Shown here: in pieces, positions 37,136 to 51,404 of the stretch | How positions within the stretch are numbered: position 1 is the stretch's first letter | Layout of the letters: the number at the start of each line of letters is the position of its first letter | From: Heterodontus francisci | Taxonomy: Eukaryota | Reading direction: 5' to 3' | NCBI RefSeq assembly: GCF_036365525.1 | Contig: NC_090377.1 | Location: forward strand, 122,688,007 to 122,752,006 | DNA length: 64,000 nt | Made by a program: the position numbers and the translations under genes | The notes under the pieces: model-generated | Seen by the model: the letters and a program-made list of their open reading frames with translations, nothing else | Told to the model about the DNA's origin: nothing | The model's database searches: none

Positions 37136-38254
37136 ATTACATTTAACACAGCCAATGAATGCTGATCAGCAATCAACAAAGCTAATAGAATGTTGATTTA
37201 TATAAAATAACAACAACTTGTAAAATGACCCAAAGAGCTTCACAGGAGAGTAATCAAACAAAAATTGATATCAAGCCAAAAAAAGGAGTACTAGGGCAGG
37301 GAACCAAAAGCTTGGTAAAAGAGGTAAGTCTTAAGGAGGATCTTAAAGAAGAAGAGAGAGGCGGAAAGGTTTAGGAAGGATATTCTGGAGCTTGGGGCCT
37401 AATCGGCTGTCGGCATGACTGCCAATAATGAGGCAAAGGAAGTAGGGGATGCACAAGAGGCTAGAGTTATAGCCAAAATAATGGAATATAGATCAGTTCA
37501 CACCTTGAAAACTGCATCCAGGTCTAGTCACCCAGAGACAAGGGAGGCATTCAGTCACTGAAAGCAGTGAAGAGTCAGAAGGCTAATCCCGAGTTTTAGG
37601 GGCCTGAATTCTGAAAAAGGGCAGGGAAAAACATGAACTTTTCTGATGGAAAGTAACCAGTGTTAATTCAAGCCTAATATCCATAAGTTCTTCTTTACAA
37701 AGAGCATTCAACATTTGGAATGGATACAGCATTCTTTCTGAATGGAGCAAATGGCCTTCCTCACCCATAATTAGCATGTGGTCGACTCAATCTAATAGCA
37801 CTAATAAGGACATACAGCTTCCTCTCTGACCAATTCCTTAACCAAATCCGGCTTTTGCTATGATTACCCACCACATTAAGCTTGTGTAGTAGATTTTCAT
37901 GCAGAACTTGATGAAAAACTTTTTTGCAACCTAGGTGCACTCACATAAAGGCATAACCCCAGCAGCGTTGCAACTCAGGAGAAAGATCATTCAACGAAAT
38001 TGTGCTTTTTTCATTTTCTTTGAATACTTTCATTTATTAGCAAGAAGAATATTGAAGATGGGGAAGATAAGGCTGATTCACTAACAGCCAAGATTAATCT
38101 AATCAGGCAACAAAGAGACCAGTTCCTTTCCAATTGGCTGTGGGAAAGCAGTGTGCTGGGCAGTTTGATCAATAGCGGTCCGTGGCAGGAGGTCATGTGA
38201 TGAAACCTCCAGGAATGCACCCAAATGGAGTTGGCAGCCCTATTCCCCTGGCCA

Positions 38255-39265
38255 ATTTGGAATTTAATAATATAATAGAATTCAACATAGCGTTTGAAAG
38301 GGAGAAATGCGAAGCAGCTACTAAGATTCTGGATTTAGGTAAGGCTGACTTCAATGCGATGAGGCAGAGATCGTTCACAGTAAACTGGGCAAGTCTGTTA
38401 AGTCTGTAAAAAAAAAAATGCAAGTCTTAATGGGCAAAACATCAGAAGATCAGTGGAAGGTGTGCAATAAAGAATTTAATATGATACGGAACCAGTTTAT
38501 ACTCCTAAGGGGCAAAAGCTCTGCTTGCCAAAAAAAAAGCCATGGATGACTAAAGAGGTAAGAGACAACATAAAGGTAAAAGAAAAAGCATGCAAAAATG
38601 CCAGAAAAAGCACAGAGCCTGGCAAATGGAAAAGATACAAAGAACAGCAGCGAGTGACGAAACAATAGTAAGAGTTACAAAAAGGAAGTATGAAAAGAAA
38701 CTTACAAGGGATATCAAAAGAGAGTGGTCAGGAGCTCCTTAAGAAGGATATATTGACCTTGGAGGGAGTGCAGCATAGGTTTACCAGGATGATACCAGCA
38801 CTCCGAGTTAAATTACAAGGAGAGAATACACAATTTAGCGTTGTATTCCCTGGAATTTAGAAGCCTAAGGGGTGATTTGATCAAAATTTTCAAAATATTA
38901 AAGGGAACAGATAAGTTAGATAGAGAGAAACTATTTCTCTTGGTTGGGAAGGGTTGGGGTGGTGCAGTCTAGGACTTAGGAACATGTTTTAAAATTAGAG
39001 CCAGACCTTTCAGGAGTGAAGTCAGGAAACACTTCTACACGTATAGGGTGGTCGAAGTTTGGAACTCGCTTCAGCAAACAGTAATTGATGCGAGATGAAT
39101 TGTTAATTTTCAATCTGAGATTGATAGATTTTTGTTAAGCAAAGGTATTAAGGTATATGGGGCAAAGGGGATATGGTGTTAGGTCACAGATCAGCTATGG
39201 TCTCATTGAACAGCAGAGCAGGCTTGAAGGGCTAAATGGCCTCCTCCTGTTCCTATGTTCCTATA
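38255..39265 (+). mobile_element. CR1 LINE, internally deleted ORF2 plus 3' end
   Basis: LDLGKADF, PWMTKEV, LEFRSLRGDLIKIFKI motifs; tail TTCCTATGTTCCTAT. Confidence 0.8.
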
Positions 39266-40199
39266 CCACTTCTTCAAAAAGATAAAGGTTGGACAGTCAG
39301 CCCCGGTATCCATTATTCCACATGGAACAACTTCACATAATAATTATTCTCCCTATAATTCACTCTTACATGTTCATTATTCTCCCTCTGCTCCAGATTT
39401 GCAATAATAGGGTGTTAAATAAAAGTAGTCACTGAAAGGCAATTACATTCTGATAGTCTCTCTGTGAAGTATTGTTGATAATCTGAGCTCAGGGACCTGA
39501 ACAGCAGAGCTGCATTTGCGGCGATCAGATATTCAGTTAGAGCGGGGAATTCAGGAAATGATGAAAAGTGGTTGTTAATTGTAGTATATGGAAAGGAGTT
39601 GGAGGACTATGGCATGTACATAAGGATTTGCAGTCTGTTCTGTTTGAAGAACAGATAACCTACCTTAAAATGGGTTGGAGTGTTTGAGGAAAACAGAGGA
39701 GAAAGGGTCATGAACAGGTCAATAGATAAATATGTTATGCTGGTAGATAGTGAAAATCAATGTAGTCAGCAACATATAGAATCTTGAAAGGTTGCAAAAT
39801 GGTTGACATGGATACAATAGAGATGGGGTAGAGGAGCAATGTACGATTTCTACATCGAATCGGAAACTGATTTAAAATGTTGGCAGATGATGAAGCAGAG
39901 GGAACACCTGACCTGTGGAGGTGAAGAGGAAGAGACAGGGGTTTGATTTTCATTTTCACTGCCTAGATGGGAATCTGCTGGAACAGATTGCTTATCCTTT
40001 ATGGAAACCAGCTAATTTGCATTATATTCAAATCAGTGGTATGAATCAGTGTTCCCCATTCTTCCACCAGTAGAAATACGCTTTCACTCTTTATCCAGAG
40101 TAAAGTTTGCAGGTTTCACGCACTCCTTTACTGGCTGCTTCTCTCTCAGCACTGCTCCCATTCACCATGTTGCTGCTTCTCCCGGCTCTGCACAAAATA

Positions 40200-40560
40200 C
40201 ATGTCCCCATGCCCACCCATAACCCAGTCTCCATCTCTGCTCCCTACTTAAGCCTCAATCTCCCCAGACTCCATCTTTGTCTCTCCCCAACTCCCTCAAT
40301 CCCCAGTCTCCCTAGCCACTCAAATCCCTGATCCCCAGTCCTCCATTTCCCTCTCTCCTCTGTGCTTGAACCACAATCTCCAGCTCCCAGTTGCCTTCTC
40401 TCCACTCTGCTAAAACCCCAAAACCCCTGACTCCCTGTTCCCAGTCTTCCTCTCTCCTCTCTACTCAAAGCCTAAATTTCTCAATCCCCCAGTCCCCAGT
40501 CTCTCACAATCCCCCATTCCTGATCCATTTCCCTAGCCTCTCTTTCTCCCCGTCCTCGAT
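40200..40560. repeat. C/T-rich low-complexity degenerate repeat
   Basis: Recurring CAATCTCCCCAGTC-like units. Confidence 0.55.
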
Positions 40561-40769
40561 TTACCACTGAGAACACCAGCTGATCCTGTCTTGCTGCAGG
40601 GGTGCAGGAGGTGTGGGTGGTGATGACAGCACCTAGGCTGAGGTTTTCTGTAGTGGTGGCCGATGATCTCACGGAGCAGGTTGTAATTCTTTCCCTAAAG
40701 CTCTCCACCTCCTTCTCTCCTAAACCCACATCATTGACCGAGTTTTTGGTCCCCTGACCTCTCAATCTG

Positions 40770-41060
40770 CCTTTCAGATGAAACTTAAACCAAGGCCCCT
40801 TGTGTACTCTCAGGGGAATATGGCAGTTCCTATCACAGTATTCGAAGAAGAGCAGGGCAGCCTTCCAGTGTTGTGGCCAACATTTCTCCCTCAACTGACA
40901 TCATTAAAAGGAGATTATCTGATTATTATCTCATTGCTGCTTATGGAATCTTGCTGTGCACACATTGGCTGCTGTGTTTCATTACATTATAACAGTGACT
41001 ACACTTCAAAAGTACTTCTTTGGCTGTAAAGGACTTAAGATATCCTATCGTGAAAGTTAC
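40770..41060 (+). mobile_element. DeuSINE
   Basis: Deu core and tail. Confidence 0.75.
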
Positions 41061-42044
41061 TGTTATCTTTCTTTCATTCTTTCTATCTATCCTGTCTCTC
41101 TCTCTATCTATCTGTTTTTCCATCTCACTAACTCTGTCTGTCTCTCTCTCCCTGTCTCAGTCATTGTCTTCAGGAGGGGATCATTTCCTGTTCTTCACAA
41201 GAGGGAGTTTTAAAACAAAACATAAAAGGAGTTAGGAGAGGCATATAGCATTGAGTGTTTATCTGTAGGACCCTTTAAGACAAAAAATGAACCGACAAAA
41301 AGGGAGGGGACAAAACTCCTGAAATGTAGCTTACAGTAATAATGTGTAGTCTTGGACACTTGATGATAATTCAAGGTAGCGGGGGGAAATTCCCTCAGAG
41401 ACTAATCCTCTCAGAGTCTTGTCTGGTGACAGCAAGGGCACAAATCGATCAGACATAGCTTCTAATAATAGATTATTAATAGCATTACGAGTGAGGTTAA
41501 TCCAATCCTGTGTGAGTAAACTGGGCAGTCCCCAGACACTGATCCTACCATCAGTTAATGAGCGGATTGCCCTTTCCACTGATGAGGCAGTGTGTGAGAT
41601 TATGCGATGCCATGCCTGAGGCAGATGTTTGATGGCATTGCTTCCCCTGTACTGTACATTATTTCGATAATGTAATAAATCACAGACACAGATTCCACAC
41701 AAGAGCTTTAATGTTCAGCAAGACTTAACATTACTACTTGATCAGGTATTGTCATTCTGAGCTTGCCGCAGAGGAGGGAGTCAATGACATAAATAGCATA
41801 CCTTCTATAAATTATTTATAATTCATCCACTTTCCTTCTGTTCAGATACAAATATTTTATTCAATTATAAAGTGCACCAGTGAGATTTCTTCCCATTAAT
41901 CAGCTGCTACTGATTTCTCAATAAAGTTGGTGGTGACCACATTCACAATCATTAGTCCTACATTGCAAACACTATTGAGTATTAGTATTGAGTATTGGCT
42001 TCCCAGATGGCAAATCAATAAATAGTCGAGGCATACAGACAAGT

Positions 42045-42530
42045 TAAAGTCCCACTCCAGAGACTTGAGCACTAAAACCTAAGAGGACACTCCAATGCAG
42101 TACTGAAGGAGTCAGAAAGACTATTTATTGAATAAGACTTTAAACCGAGTCCCCATCTGCTCTCTTAACAACACCTACACTTCAAAAAAGTATTCATTTG
42201 TCTGTAAAGTGCTTTGGGACATTCTGAGGTTGTGAAAGGTGCTATATAAATGCAAGTCTGTCTGTCTGACATAGAAGATCCTATGGCACTATTTCGAAGA
42301 AGTGCAGAGGAGTTCTCCCTGGTGTCCTGGCCAATATTTATTCCTCAACTAACATAAAGAGATGATCTGGTCATTATCACATTGCTGTTTGTGGGAAATT
42401 GCTGTGCACAAATTGTATGCTACATTACCACAGTGATCACACTAAAAAAGTATTTTATTGGCTGTAAAACATTTTGGGACATCCTAAGATCATAAAAGGT
42501 GCTATATAAATGCACTATATATAAATGAAG
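42045..42530 (+). mobile_element. DeuSINE with an extra internal tail segment (~42170-42265)
   Basis: The tail sequence CTTCAAAAAAGTA...GCTATATAAATGCA occurs twice. Confidence 0.75.
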
Positions 42531-42570
42531 TCTTCACTTTTTTTTAGGGATGCTATAATTGGTCTAAATA

Positions 42571-45503
42571 CCAAAATAAAGGCAAAATACTGCGGATGCT
42601 GTAAATCTGAAATAAGAACAAGAAATGCTGGGAATACTCAGCAGGTCTGGCAGCATCTGTGGCGAGAGAAGCAGAGTTAACGTTTCAGGTCAGTGACCCT
42701 TCTTCAGAACTGGCAAATATTAGAAATGCAAAAGGTTTTAAGTGAGTAAAGCGAGGGTGGGGCAAGAGATAACAAAGGAGAAGGTGTAGATAGGACAAGG
42801 TCACAGAATAGCTGACCAGAAGGTCGTGGAGCAAAGGCAAACAATATGTTAATGGTGTGTTGAATGACAAAACATTAGTACAGTTAGGACTGAAAATTGA
42901 ACAGCCGCAAGTACAAACATGAAAAAAAACAGTGGGTAAGCAAACTGAACAAACTAAGATGAAATAAATTAAATAAACACAAAAAATATTTTAAAAGGAA
43001 AAAGAAAAAAATAACTAAAAATAAAAGTAAAATGGGGGGCCCGTCAAGCTCTGAAATTATTGAACTTAATGTTCAGTCTGGCAGGCTGTAGTGTGCCTAA
43101 TCGGTAAATGAAATGCTGTTCCTTGAGCTTGTGTTGATGTTCACTGGAACACTGCAGCAATCCCAGGACAGAGATGTGAGAATGAGAGCAGGGGGGAGTG
43201 TTGAAATGGCAAGCAACCAGAAGCTCGGGGTCCTGCTTGCGGACTGAGCGGAGGTGTTCCGCAAAGCGGTCACCCAGCCTGCGTTTGGCCTCCCCAATGT
43301 AGAGGAGACCACATTGTGAGCAGCGAATACAGTATACTACATTGAAAGAAGTACAAGTAAATCGCTGCTTCACCTGAAAGGAATGTTTGGGGCCTGGGAT
43401 AGTGAAGAAAGAGGAGGTAAATAGGCAGGTATTACACCTCCTGCGATTGCAGGGGAAGGTGCCATGGGAAGGGGACGAGGTGGTGGGGGTAATAGAGGAG
43501 TGAACCAGGGTGTCACAGAGGGAACAATCTCTTCGGAATGCTGACAGGGGAAGGGAGGAGAAGATGCATTTGGTAGTAGCATCATGCTGGAAGTGGTGGA
43601 AATGGCGGAGGATGATCCTTTGGATATGGAGGCTGATGGGGTGGAAAGTGAGGACACGGGGAACCCTGTTACGGTTCTGGGAGGGAGGGGAAGGGGTGAG
43701 GGTAGAAGTGCAGGAAATGGGCCGGACACGGTTGAGGGCCCTGTCAACCACTGTGGGGGGGGGGAGAATCCTTGGTTGAGGAAAAAGGAAGACATATCAG
43801 AAGCACTGTCGTGGAAGGTAGCATCATCAGAGCAGATGCATCGGAGACGGAGAAACTGGGAGAATGGAATGGAGTCCTTGCAGGAGGCAGGGGGTGAAGA
43901 AGTGTAGTCGAGGTAGTTGTGGGAGTCGGTGGGCTTATAATGGATATTAGTAGACAGCCTATCCCCAGAGAGGGAGACAGAGACGTCGAGGAAGGGAAGG
44001 GAAGTGTCGGAGATGGACCATGTAAATGTGAGAGGTGGAAATTAGAACGTCCAATGGACATCCAATCTCTCGACACCTTCATCTCCCACCAGGACGGTTT
44101 GAGGGCTCTCCGCTTCTTCCTTGAACAGAGGCCCAACCAGTCCCCATCCACCACCACCTTCCTCCGCCTGGCTGAACTTGTTCTCACATTGAACAACTTC
44201 TCCTTCAACTCCATTCACTTCCTTCAAGTAAAAGGTGTTGCTAAGGGTACCCGTATGGATCCTAGTTATGCCTGTCTTTTTGTGGGATATGTCAAACATT
44301 CCATGTTCCAGTCCTACGCTGGCCCCCTACCTCAACTCTTTTTCTGGTGCATTGATGACTGTATCGGTGCAGTTTCCTGCTCCCGCCCCGAACTGGAAAA
44401 CTTTATCAACTTTGCTTCTAATTTCCACCCTACTCTCACCTTTACATTATCCCCTTGTCCTCACTTTCCACCCCACCAGCCTCCATATCCAAAGGATCAT
44501 CCTCCGCCATTTCCGCCACCTCCAGCGTGATGCCACTACCAAATGCATCTTCCCCTCCCTTCCCCTGTCAGCATTTTGAAGGGATTGTTCCCTCCGTGAT
44601 ACCCTGGTCCATTCCTCCATACCCCCACCACCTCGTCCCCTTCCCATGGCACCTTCCCCTGCAATCGCAGGAGGTGTAATACCTGCCCATTTACCTCCTC
44701 TCTCCTCACTATCCCAGGCCCCAAACACTCCTTTCAGGTGAAGCAGCGATTTACTTGTACTTCTTTCAATGTAGTATACTGTATTTGCTGCTCACAATGT
44801 GGTCTCCTCTACACTGGGAAGATCAAACGCAGACTGGGTGACCGTTTTGCGGAACACCTCCGCTCAGTCCGCAAGCAGGACCCCGAGCTTCCGGTTGCTT
44901 GCCATTTCAACATTCCCCACTGCTCTCATGCTCAAATTTCTGTCCTGGGATTGCTGCAGTATTCCAGTGAACATCAACACAAGCTCAAGGAACGCATTTC
45001 ATTTACCAATTAGGCACACTACAGCCTGCCAGACTGAACATTGAGTTCAATAATTTCAGAGCATGACTGGCCCCCCATTTTACTTTTATTTTTAGTTATT
45101 TTTTCTTTTTCCTTTCTTATATTTTTTTTGTGTTTATTTAATTTATTTCATCTTAGTTTGTTCAGTTTGCTTATCCACTGTTTTTTTTCATGTTTGTACT
45201 TGCGGCTATTCAATTTTCAGTCCGTTAACACCCTATCTGTACTAATGCTTTGTCATTCAACACACCATTAACATATTGTTTGCCTTTGCTCCAGGACCTT
45301 CTGGTCAGCTATTCTGTGACCTTGTCCTATCTACACCTTCTCCTTTGTTATCTCTTGCCCCACCCCCACTTTACTTGCTTATAACCTTTTACATTTCTAA
45401 TATTTGCCAGTTCTGAAGAAGGGTCACTGACCTGAAACTCTGCTTCGCTCTCCACAGATGCTGCCAGACCTGCTGAGTATTTCCAGCATTTCTTGTTTTT
45501 ATT
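42571..45503. mobile_element. Penelope-like element (RT + GIY-YIG), two inverted partial copies in one insertion
   Basis: GIY-YIG NVVYCIRCSQCGLLYIGE..RLGDRFAEH on both strands; RT FLQVKGVAKGTRM..YACLF..IDD; 13-bp TSD ATTGGTCTAAATA (42558-42570, 45504-45516). Confidence 0.92.
42679..42707 (-). ncRNA. Minimal hammerhead ribozyme core in the Penelope terminal repeat
   Basis: The minus strand reads CTGAAGA-AGGGTCACTGACCT-GAAACGTT (CUGANGA / stem II / GAAA). A second copy is at 45413-45438 (+). Confidence 0.7.
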
Positions 45504-46111
45504 ATTGGTCTAAATAGCCTTGCTTATAGATTGGAAAATAAACCAAAGTGTGTGGACTATGGGCAAGGACCATGTGGTTGATTAGCCGATCAAACTCACC
45601 GTCAAGACGTGTGTAAATTATAATTACTTGATTGCAAGCAGAGACCTTTGTGGAGACTAATAGCTGAGCTTTTGTTTTCTGGTATAAGAAAACTATTGAG
45701 GCACCCTGTAACTGATTCAGTGTCTGCAGCTCACCACGTCAACTGCTGCCTTCCATTGAGCTTTCCAAGTTCTAATTGTCACTGGCACTCTTACCCTCAC
45801 CCTTGTCACTGGCTGGCATCCTATCCTTGGCCCTTTTCACTCTTTGGCTTCCTTTCCTTGGCCGCTGTCACAGTTGGCATCTGATCCAAGATGTTCTGCT
45901 TCAGTAACAGATGGTCGCTATGGATGTACACACTAGGCATACACAAATAATTACCACTAAATAATGTTTTCACCAAGCCCAACCACTGAATGATCCAGCA
46001 AATAAAGCAACTGTAATCAAGGCCAAGTGATGTAAATGGCCAATTTGGTCTGACTCTAAAATAAATCAACTTGTAATATAGAGAATATTTGATGTAGACT
46101 TGCTCTCTACT

Positions 46112-46310
46112 ATAAAAGCAAAATACTGCGGATTCTGGAAATCTGAAATAAAAACAAGAAATGCTGGAACCATTCAGCAGGTCTGGCAGCATCTGTGGAA
46201 AGAGAAGCAGAGTTCCGAAGAAGGGTCACTGACCCAAAACGTTAACTCTGCTTCTCTTTCCACAGATGCTGCCAGACCTGCTGAGTGGTTCCAGCATTTC
46301 TTAATTTTAT
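46112..46310. mobile_element. Palindromic Penelope-terminus-derived short element
   Basis: Inverted Penelope ends; TSD TTGCTCTCTA(c/t)TA at ~46100 and ~46310. Confidence 0.8.
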
Positions 46311-47249
46311 TGCTCTCTATTAAGTTGATTAAGAAATAGTTGGACCAGCTCTACTGGATATTTGGAGATCTTGTCAAGTTGGCAATCCGTGATGCACATT
46401 CTCTTGTCCTTCTCCTGCTCTGATTCTTCAGGTACTGAGTAAGCCTATGTACTGAGGGTCCTCTGCTCTGGGATTGGGATGGTAAGACCTCGGTCCAGAA
46501 GAGCTAAAGGCAAGAGGTACATTCAATTTGGGTGTAGAGCTGTGCCGCACTCCCAGAATCATAGAATCATAGATGCATAGAATCATACAACACAAAAGGA
46601 GGCCATTCTACCCATCATGCTAATGCTGGCTCTTTGAAAAGGTATCCAGTTAGCCCCACTCCCCTTCTCTTTCCTCATTGCCCTGCAAATTTCTCCTTTT
46701 TAAGCATATATCCAATTTCCTTTTGTAAGTTATCACTCAATCGGCATCCTTTCAGGCTTCCATTTCAGAGCGTAACAAATCGGTGCAATTTTTTTTTCCT
46801 TATCTCGCCATGGTTCTTTTGCCAGTCTTCCAGGTGGAATTTTGCTTTATTAGATTGTTTGAACTGGCTCTTGCTGTATGTAAGGAAGGACAATGAAAGG
46901 ATCAACCTCCATGCCTCTGGCTCTCCGTCTCTGCTTAGTGGGTTGCCTGATTCTTATTCTCAAATGCTACATAGGCTTCATGTGTCTTCTGTGTTATGGA
47001 ATTCAAAAAAAGAAAGGAAGATTTGCATTTATGTAGCAACTTTCACCACTTCAGGTCATCCCAAAAGCTTTTCAGCTATTGAAGTACTCTTGAAGTGTAG
47101 TCACTGTTGTAACGTAGGTAACCCGGCAGCCAATTTTTACACAGCAAGGTCCCGCAAATAGCTATGCGATAAATGACCAAATAATCAGTTTTATTGATGT
47201 TGGTGAAGGGCCAAATATTGGCCAGGCCACTGGGGAGAACTCGCCTGAA

Positions 47250-48645
47250 AGTTAGCAAATATAACAGCCCTTTTCAAGAAAGGAGGGAGAGATAAAACTG
47301 GGAACTACAGGCCAGTTAGCCTGACATCAGTCATCGGGAAAATGCTGGAATCTATTTTTGAGGAAGTATTAACAATGCTCTTGGAAAATCATAATATGAT
47401 CAGAGTCAACATGGTTTTATGAAAGGGAATTAGTGCTTAATAAATTGATTAGAGATTTGTGAAGATGTTACTAGTAAAATAGATAAAGGGGAGCCAGTAG
47501 ATGTAGTATACTTGGATTTCCAAAGGCATTCACACAAAGGTCAATACATAAGATAAGGGCTCATGGATTTGAGGATAATATATTCGCATGGAAGGAGGAT
47601 TGGTTAACAGACAGGAAGCAGAGAGTAGGGATAAACAGAGCATTTTCAAGTTGGCAAGCTGTAACAAAGTGGAGTGCCGCAAGGATCAGTGCTACAATCT
47701 ATATCAATGACTTAGATGGAAAAACCGAGAGTAATGGATCCAAGTTTGTTGATGATACAAAGCTAGTTGGGAATGTAAGCTGTGAGGAGGACACAAAGAG
47801 GTTGCAAAACAATATAGGCAGGTTAAGTAAGTGAGCAACAAGGTGGCAGATAGAGTATACTGTACGGAAGTGTGAGGTTATTCACTTTGATGAGAATAGA
47901 AAAGCAGATTTTTTTTTAACAGGCATGAAACTTCTATATGTTGTTGTTCAGAGAGACTGGGGTGTAGTTGTACAAATAACACAGAAAGTTTGCATGCAGG
48001 TACATGAAATGATTAGGAAGGCAAATGACATGTTGGCCTTTATTACAAGGGTATTGGAGTACAAAAATAAGGAAGTCTTGCTACAATTGTATAGGGCTTT
48101 GGTCAGATCACATCTGGAGTTCTGTGTGCAGTTTCAGTCTCCATATTTAAGAAAGGATATAATGGAGGTGGTACAGCTAGATTGCTTCCTGGGATGAGAG
48201 GGTTGTCCTACGATGAGTAAATTGGGTCCATATTCTCTGGAGTTTAGAAGAATGCGAGATGATCTCATTGAAACATACAGGATTCTGAAGGGGCTTGACA
48301 GGTAGGCACTGAGAGGTTGTTTCACCTGGCTGGGGAATCTAGAACATGGGAGCACAGTCTCAGGATAAGGGGTCAATCATTTAGGATTGAGATGAGGAGA
48401 AATTTCTTCACTCAAAGGGTTGTGACTCTTTGGAATTCTCTACCCAAGAGGGTTGTGGACGCTCCATTGTTGAGTATATTTGAGGCTGAGACAGGCAGAT
48501 ATCTGGTCTGTCAGGGAATAAAGGGATCTGGGGAGTGGTCAGGAAAGTGAAGTTGAGGCAGAAGATCAGCCATGATCATACTGAATAGCGAAGGAGGCTC
48601 AAGGGGCCGTATGGTCTAATCCTACTCCTATTTCTTATGTTATGT
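47250..48645 (+). mobile_element. CR1 LINE RT and 3' end, inserted in a minus-strand DeuSINE (halves ~47005-47245 and ~48646-48875)
   Basis: GNYRPVSLTS, QHGFMKG, YLDFQ, GVPQGSV, FVDDTK, LYRALVRSHLEFC motifs; tail CTTATGTTATGTT. Confidence 0.85.
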
Positions 48646-49579
48646 TCCCCTGCTCTTCTTTGAAATATTGCTATGGGATCTTTTGCGTCCACCTGCAAGG
48701 CCAGATGAGGCCTCAATTTAATGTCTTATCCAAAGGACGGTACCTCCAATTGTGCAGCACTTCCTCAGTAATGTACTGGAGTGTCAGCCTGGATTACATG
48801 CTCAAATTACCGGAATGGAACTTGAACCCATAACCTTCTGACTCAGAGAGGAGAGTGCTGCCACTGAGCCTTGACTGATACCTCAGTGGGTAACCTAGTT
48901 TTCAACCTCAAGTGCTGCACATGCTTCCTGTGTTTTCTTTGTTATGAAATAACAAGTTGGAAATGCCTGTTTTCACGAATTGCTTTGGATAGATCATATG
49001 GAAGGAGTCAATTCTGTTGATTAATCTTTGTATTAGAGAACATTGTAACAATAAAATGAACAGTCTCCTTTGCATGACGGTGTCATCATGTGACTCATGT
49101 ACTCTCTACTATTTTTAATAGTACTTTACTGTCCATATGGCAAATTTAAAGATTTAGTAGGATAGTCTTTCGATAACCAGCACCCAACATGCCAACCAAA
49201 CCAAATGCTTAACTGGACGACGTGATCAACCCTTCCTCTATCCCCCTTTGTCCATAAAAGTTATTCATGTCACTGTCAACTGACAACATTGAGGCTTCTG
49301 CATTGCACCAATTTGCTTTCTCTGGAGTGAATCTATCTTAACTTAATATTTCAGATGTAACATTTCTGAATTTGTTACTAGCCCAAGAATAATAATTATT
49401 TATAACCATAAATTTGTTTGCTGATAAAATGATAGTTCGATATGTGTGAATCAGATACACAACCCCTCATAGCCAACAATGCAAGTACCTTTATTGCTGT
49501 TTGTCTAACTATTTACTGAACCACAGTGTGTTATTCTTAGATGGAGTAGGCTTGAGCTGTGTGCCATTTTTAAGAAAGA

Positions 49580-49995
49580 TGGGCTTGCATTTATACAGTA
49601 ACTTTCAGGATGTCCCAAGACACATTTTACGGTTAATGAAGTAGCTTTGAAGTGTAGTCAATGTTGAAATGTAGGAAATACAGAAGCCAAATTGCACACA
49701 GCAAACTCCCGTAAACAGCAGTATTTTAATGAACCAAACATCTACTTTCAGTGATATCAGTTGGCCAGGACACTGCTCTTCTTCAAAATAATGCTGTGGG
49801 ATCTTTCATGTCCACCTGAGAGAGTAGACCAGGCCTCAGTTTAACTACTCATACAAAAAATGGCACCTCCGACAGTGCAGGATTCCCTCAATACTGCCCT
49901 GGAGCGTCAGCCTAAATTTGGTGCTCAAAACTCTGGAATGTGACTAGAACCTACAACCTTTTAACTCTGAAGCAGAAGTGCTTCCCACCAAGCCA
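49580..49995 (-). mobile_element. DeuSINE
   Basis: Tail, Deu core and head on the minus strand. Confidence 0.75.
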
Positions 49996-51404
49996 CAGCA
50001 TTAACAGCATCTTATAAAAATTCCTTCCACATCTCAAAAATATCGATAGCTACACATTACGCCAGAGAATCAAGTAACAGTTCTGATCTTTAGGAATGAA
50101 TGGAATTGAAGGAACGCAGTGCTTCAAAGTGCTACCAGGTTTTAAGCCAGAACACAAAGCCTCAAGAGGTGTTGACAGAAGTGACTGGACCACCCACCTT
50201 AGAGCCATAGTCTGCTCTCTATCTTTGGCCACGCAGGTGCTGAAAGATTGGTATCAGACATTGCTCCCCAGCTGTGCAGGTGGCCAGGAATTAGCCTGCA
50301 GCTCATTGCACTTGCCCACGACCACCCTTAGCATTGTCACATCTTTCCTCTTCTGCTGTGCTAATCACACCATTGTGCCTGAACCGGATTAGCTGGGAGA
50401 AAAGAATTGAGATGTGGGGTAGCGGGTGGCTTCAGTGACATTTTGGAAATTAACCGGAGCATTAAGGAGAGCGAAGATGTGATGACTGAGAGAGTGGATA
50501 ATCATCAGTCTTGTCAAACTATTAGCAGCTGTTCACCTCAGGGGCAAGCAGGCTTTCTCTCTCCTCCCTCACTCCCTCTTTCATGTACCACCAGGCTCAT
50601 TAACGCTATAGGGGCAGCAGCAGGTTCCATCTCTCATGACAACCACTTCTGACAACTTGTTCTGAGAGAGGCAAAGAAAAGAGAAATCGTTTTGTTTATT
50701 TTTTTTTTAAATATGCTCCTGCCTAGCTTTGATGTTCAAATGTCTCTCAAAAGTGTCCCATCATTATGCTGTTGCAGAGCTGAGAAATTTTTAAAAAACC
50801 TTTATTCAAGTTTCTTCAGATTTCTGGACATTGGTTGTATGGCTGGTGGCTAACTGTAAACAGTTATCAGACTCATAATGAAGCTCAACACAAACTTGAG
50901 GAATGTCATCTCATCTTTTAATTGGGCACTTTACAACCTTCAGGTCTCAACACTGAATTCAACAACTTTAGATCACAACCACCATTCCCATTTTCTCAGA
51001 CAGCAGGTGCTGGTAATGGTTCTGCTGTAACCATCAACAGTGCATTTGGATCCAATTTTTGTTGTACATAGAATTACAAAGTATTTACAACACAGAAACA
51101 GGCCATTTGGCCCAAGTGGTCTGTGCCTTCTTCCACCTCACTTCATCTCATCATATCATTCTGTCTCTATCTCCCTCTTGTACTTAGCGAGCTTCTCCAT
51201 AAAGGCAACTACTCTTTGTCCTGGACAGTTTCAGTTTCTCACCACTCTGGGGAAAGAAGTTTCCCCTGAATTCTCCATTGGATTTATTAGTGATTGGACT
51301 CCCCCATAAGTGGAAACATTCAACATCTACAATATCAAACAAATTTATAATTTTAAAGACCTCTGTCAGGTCACCTCTTTGCTTTTCTAGAGAAAAGAGT
51401 CTAC

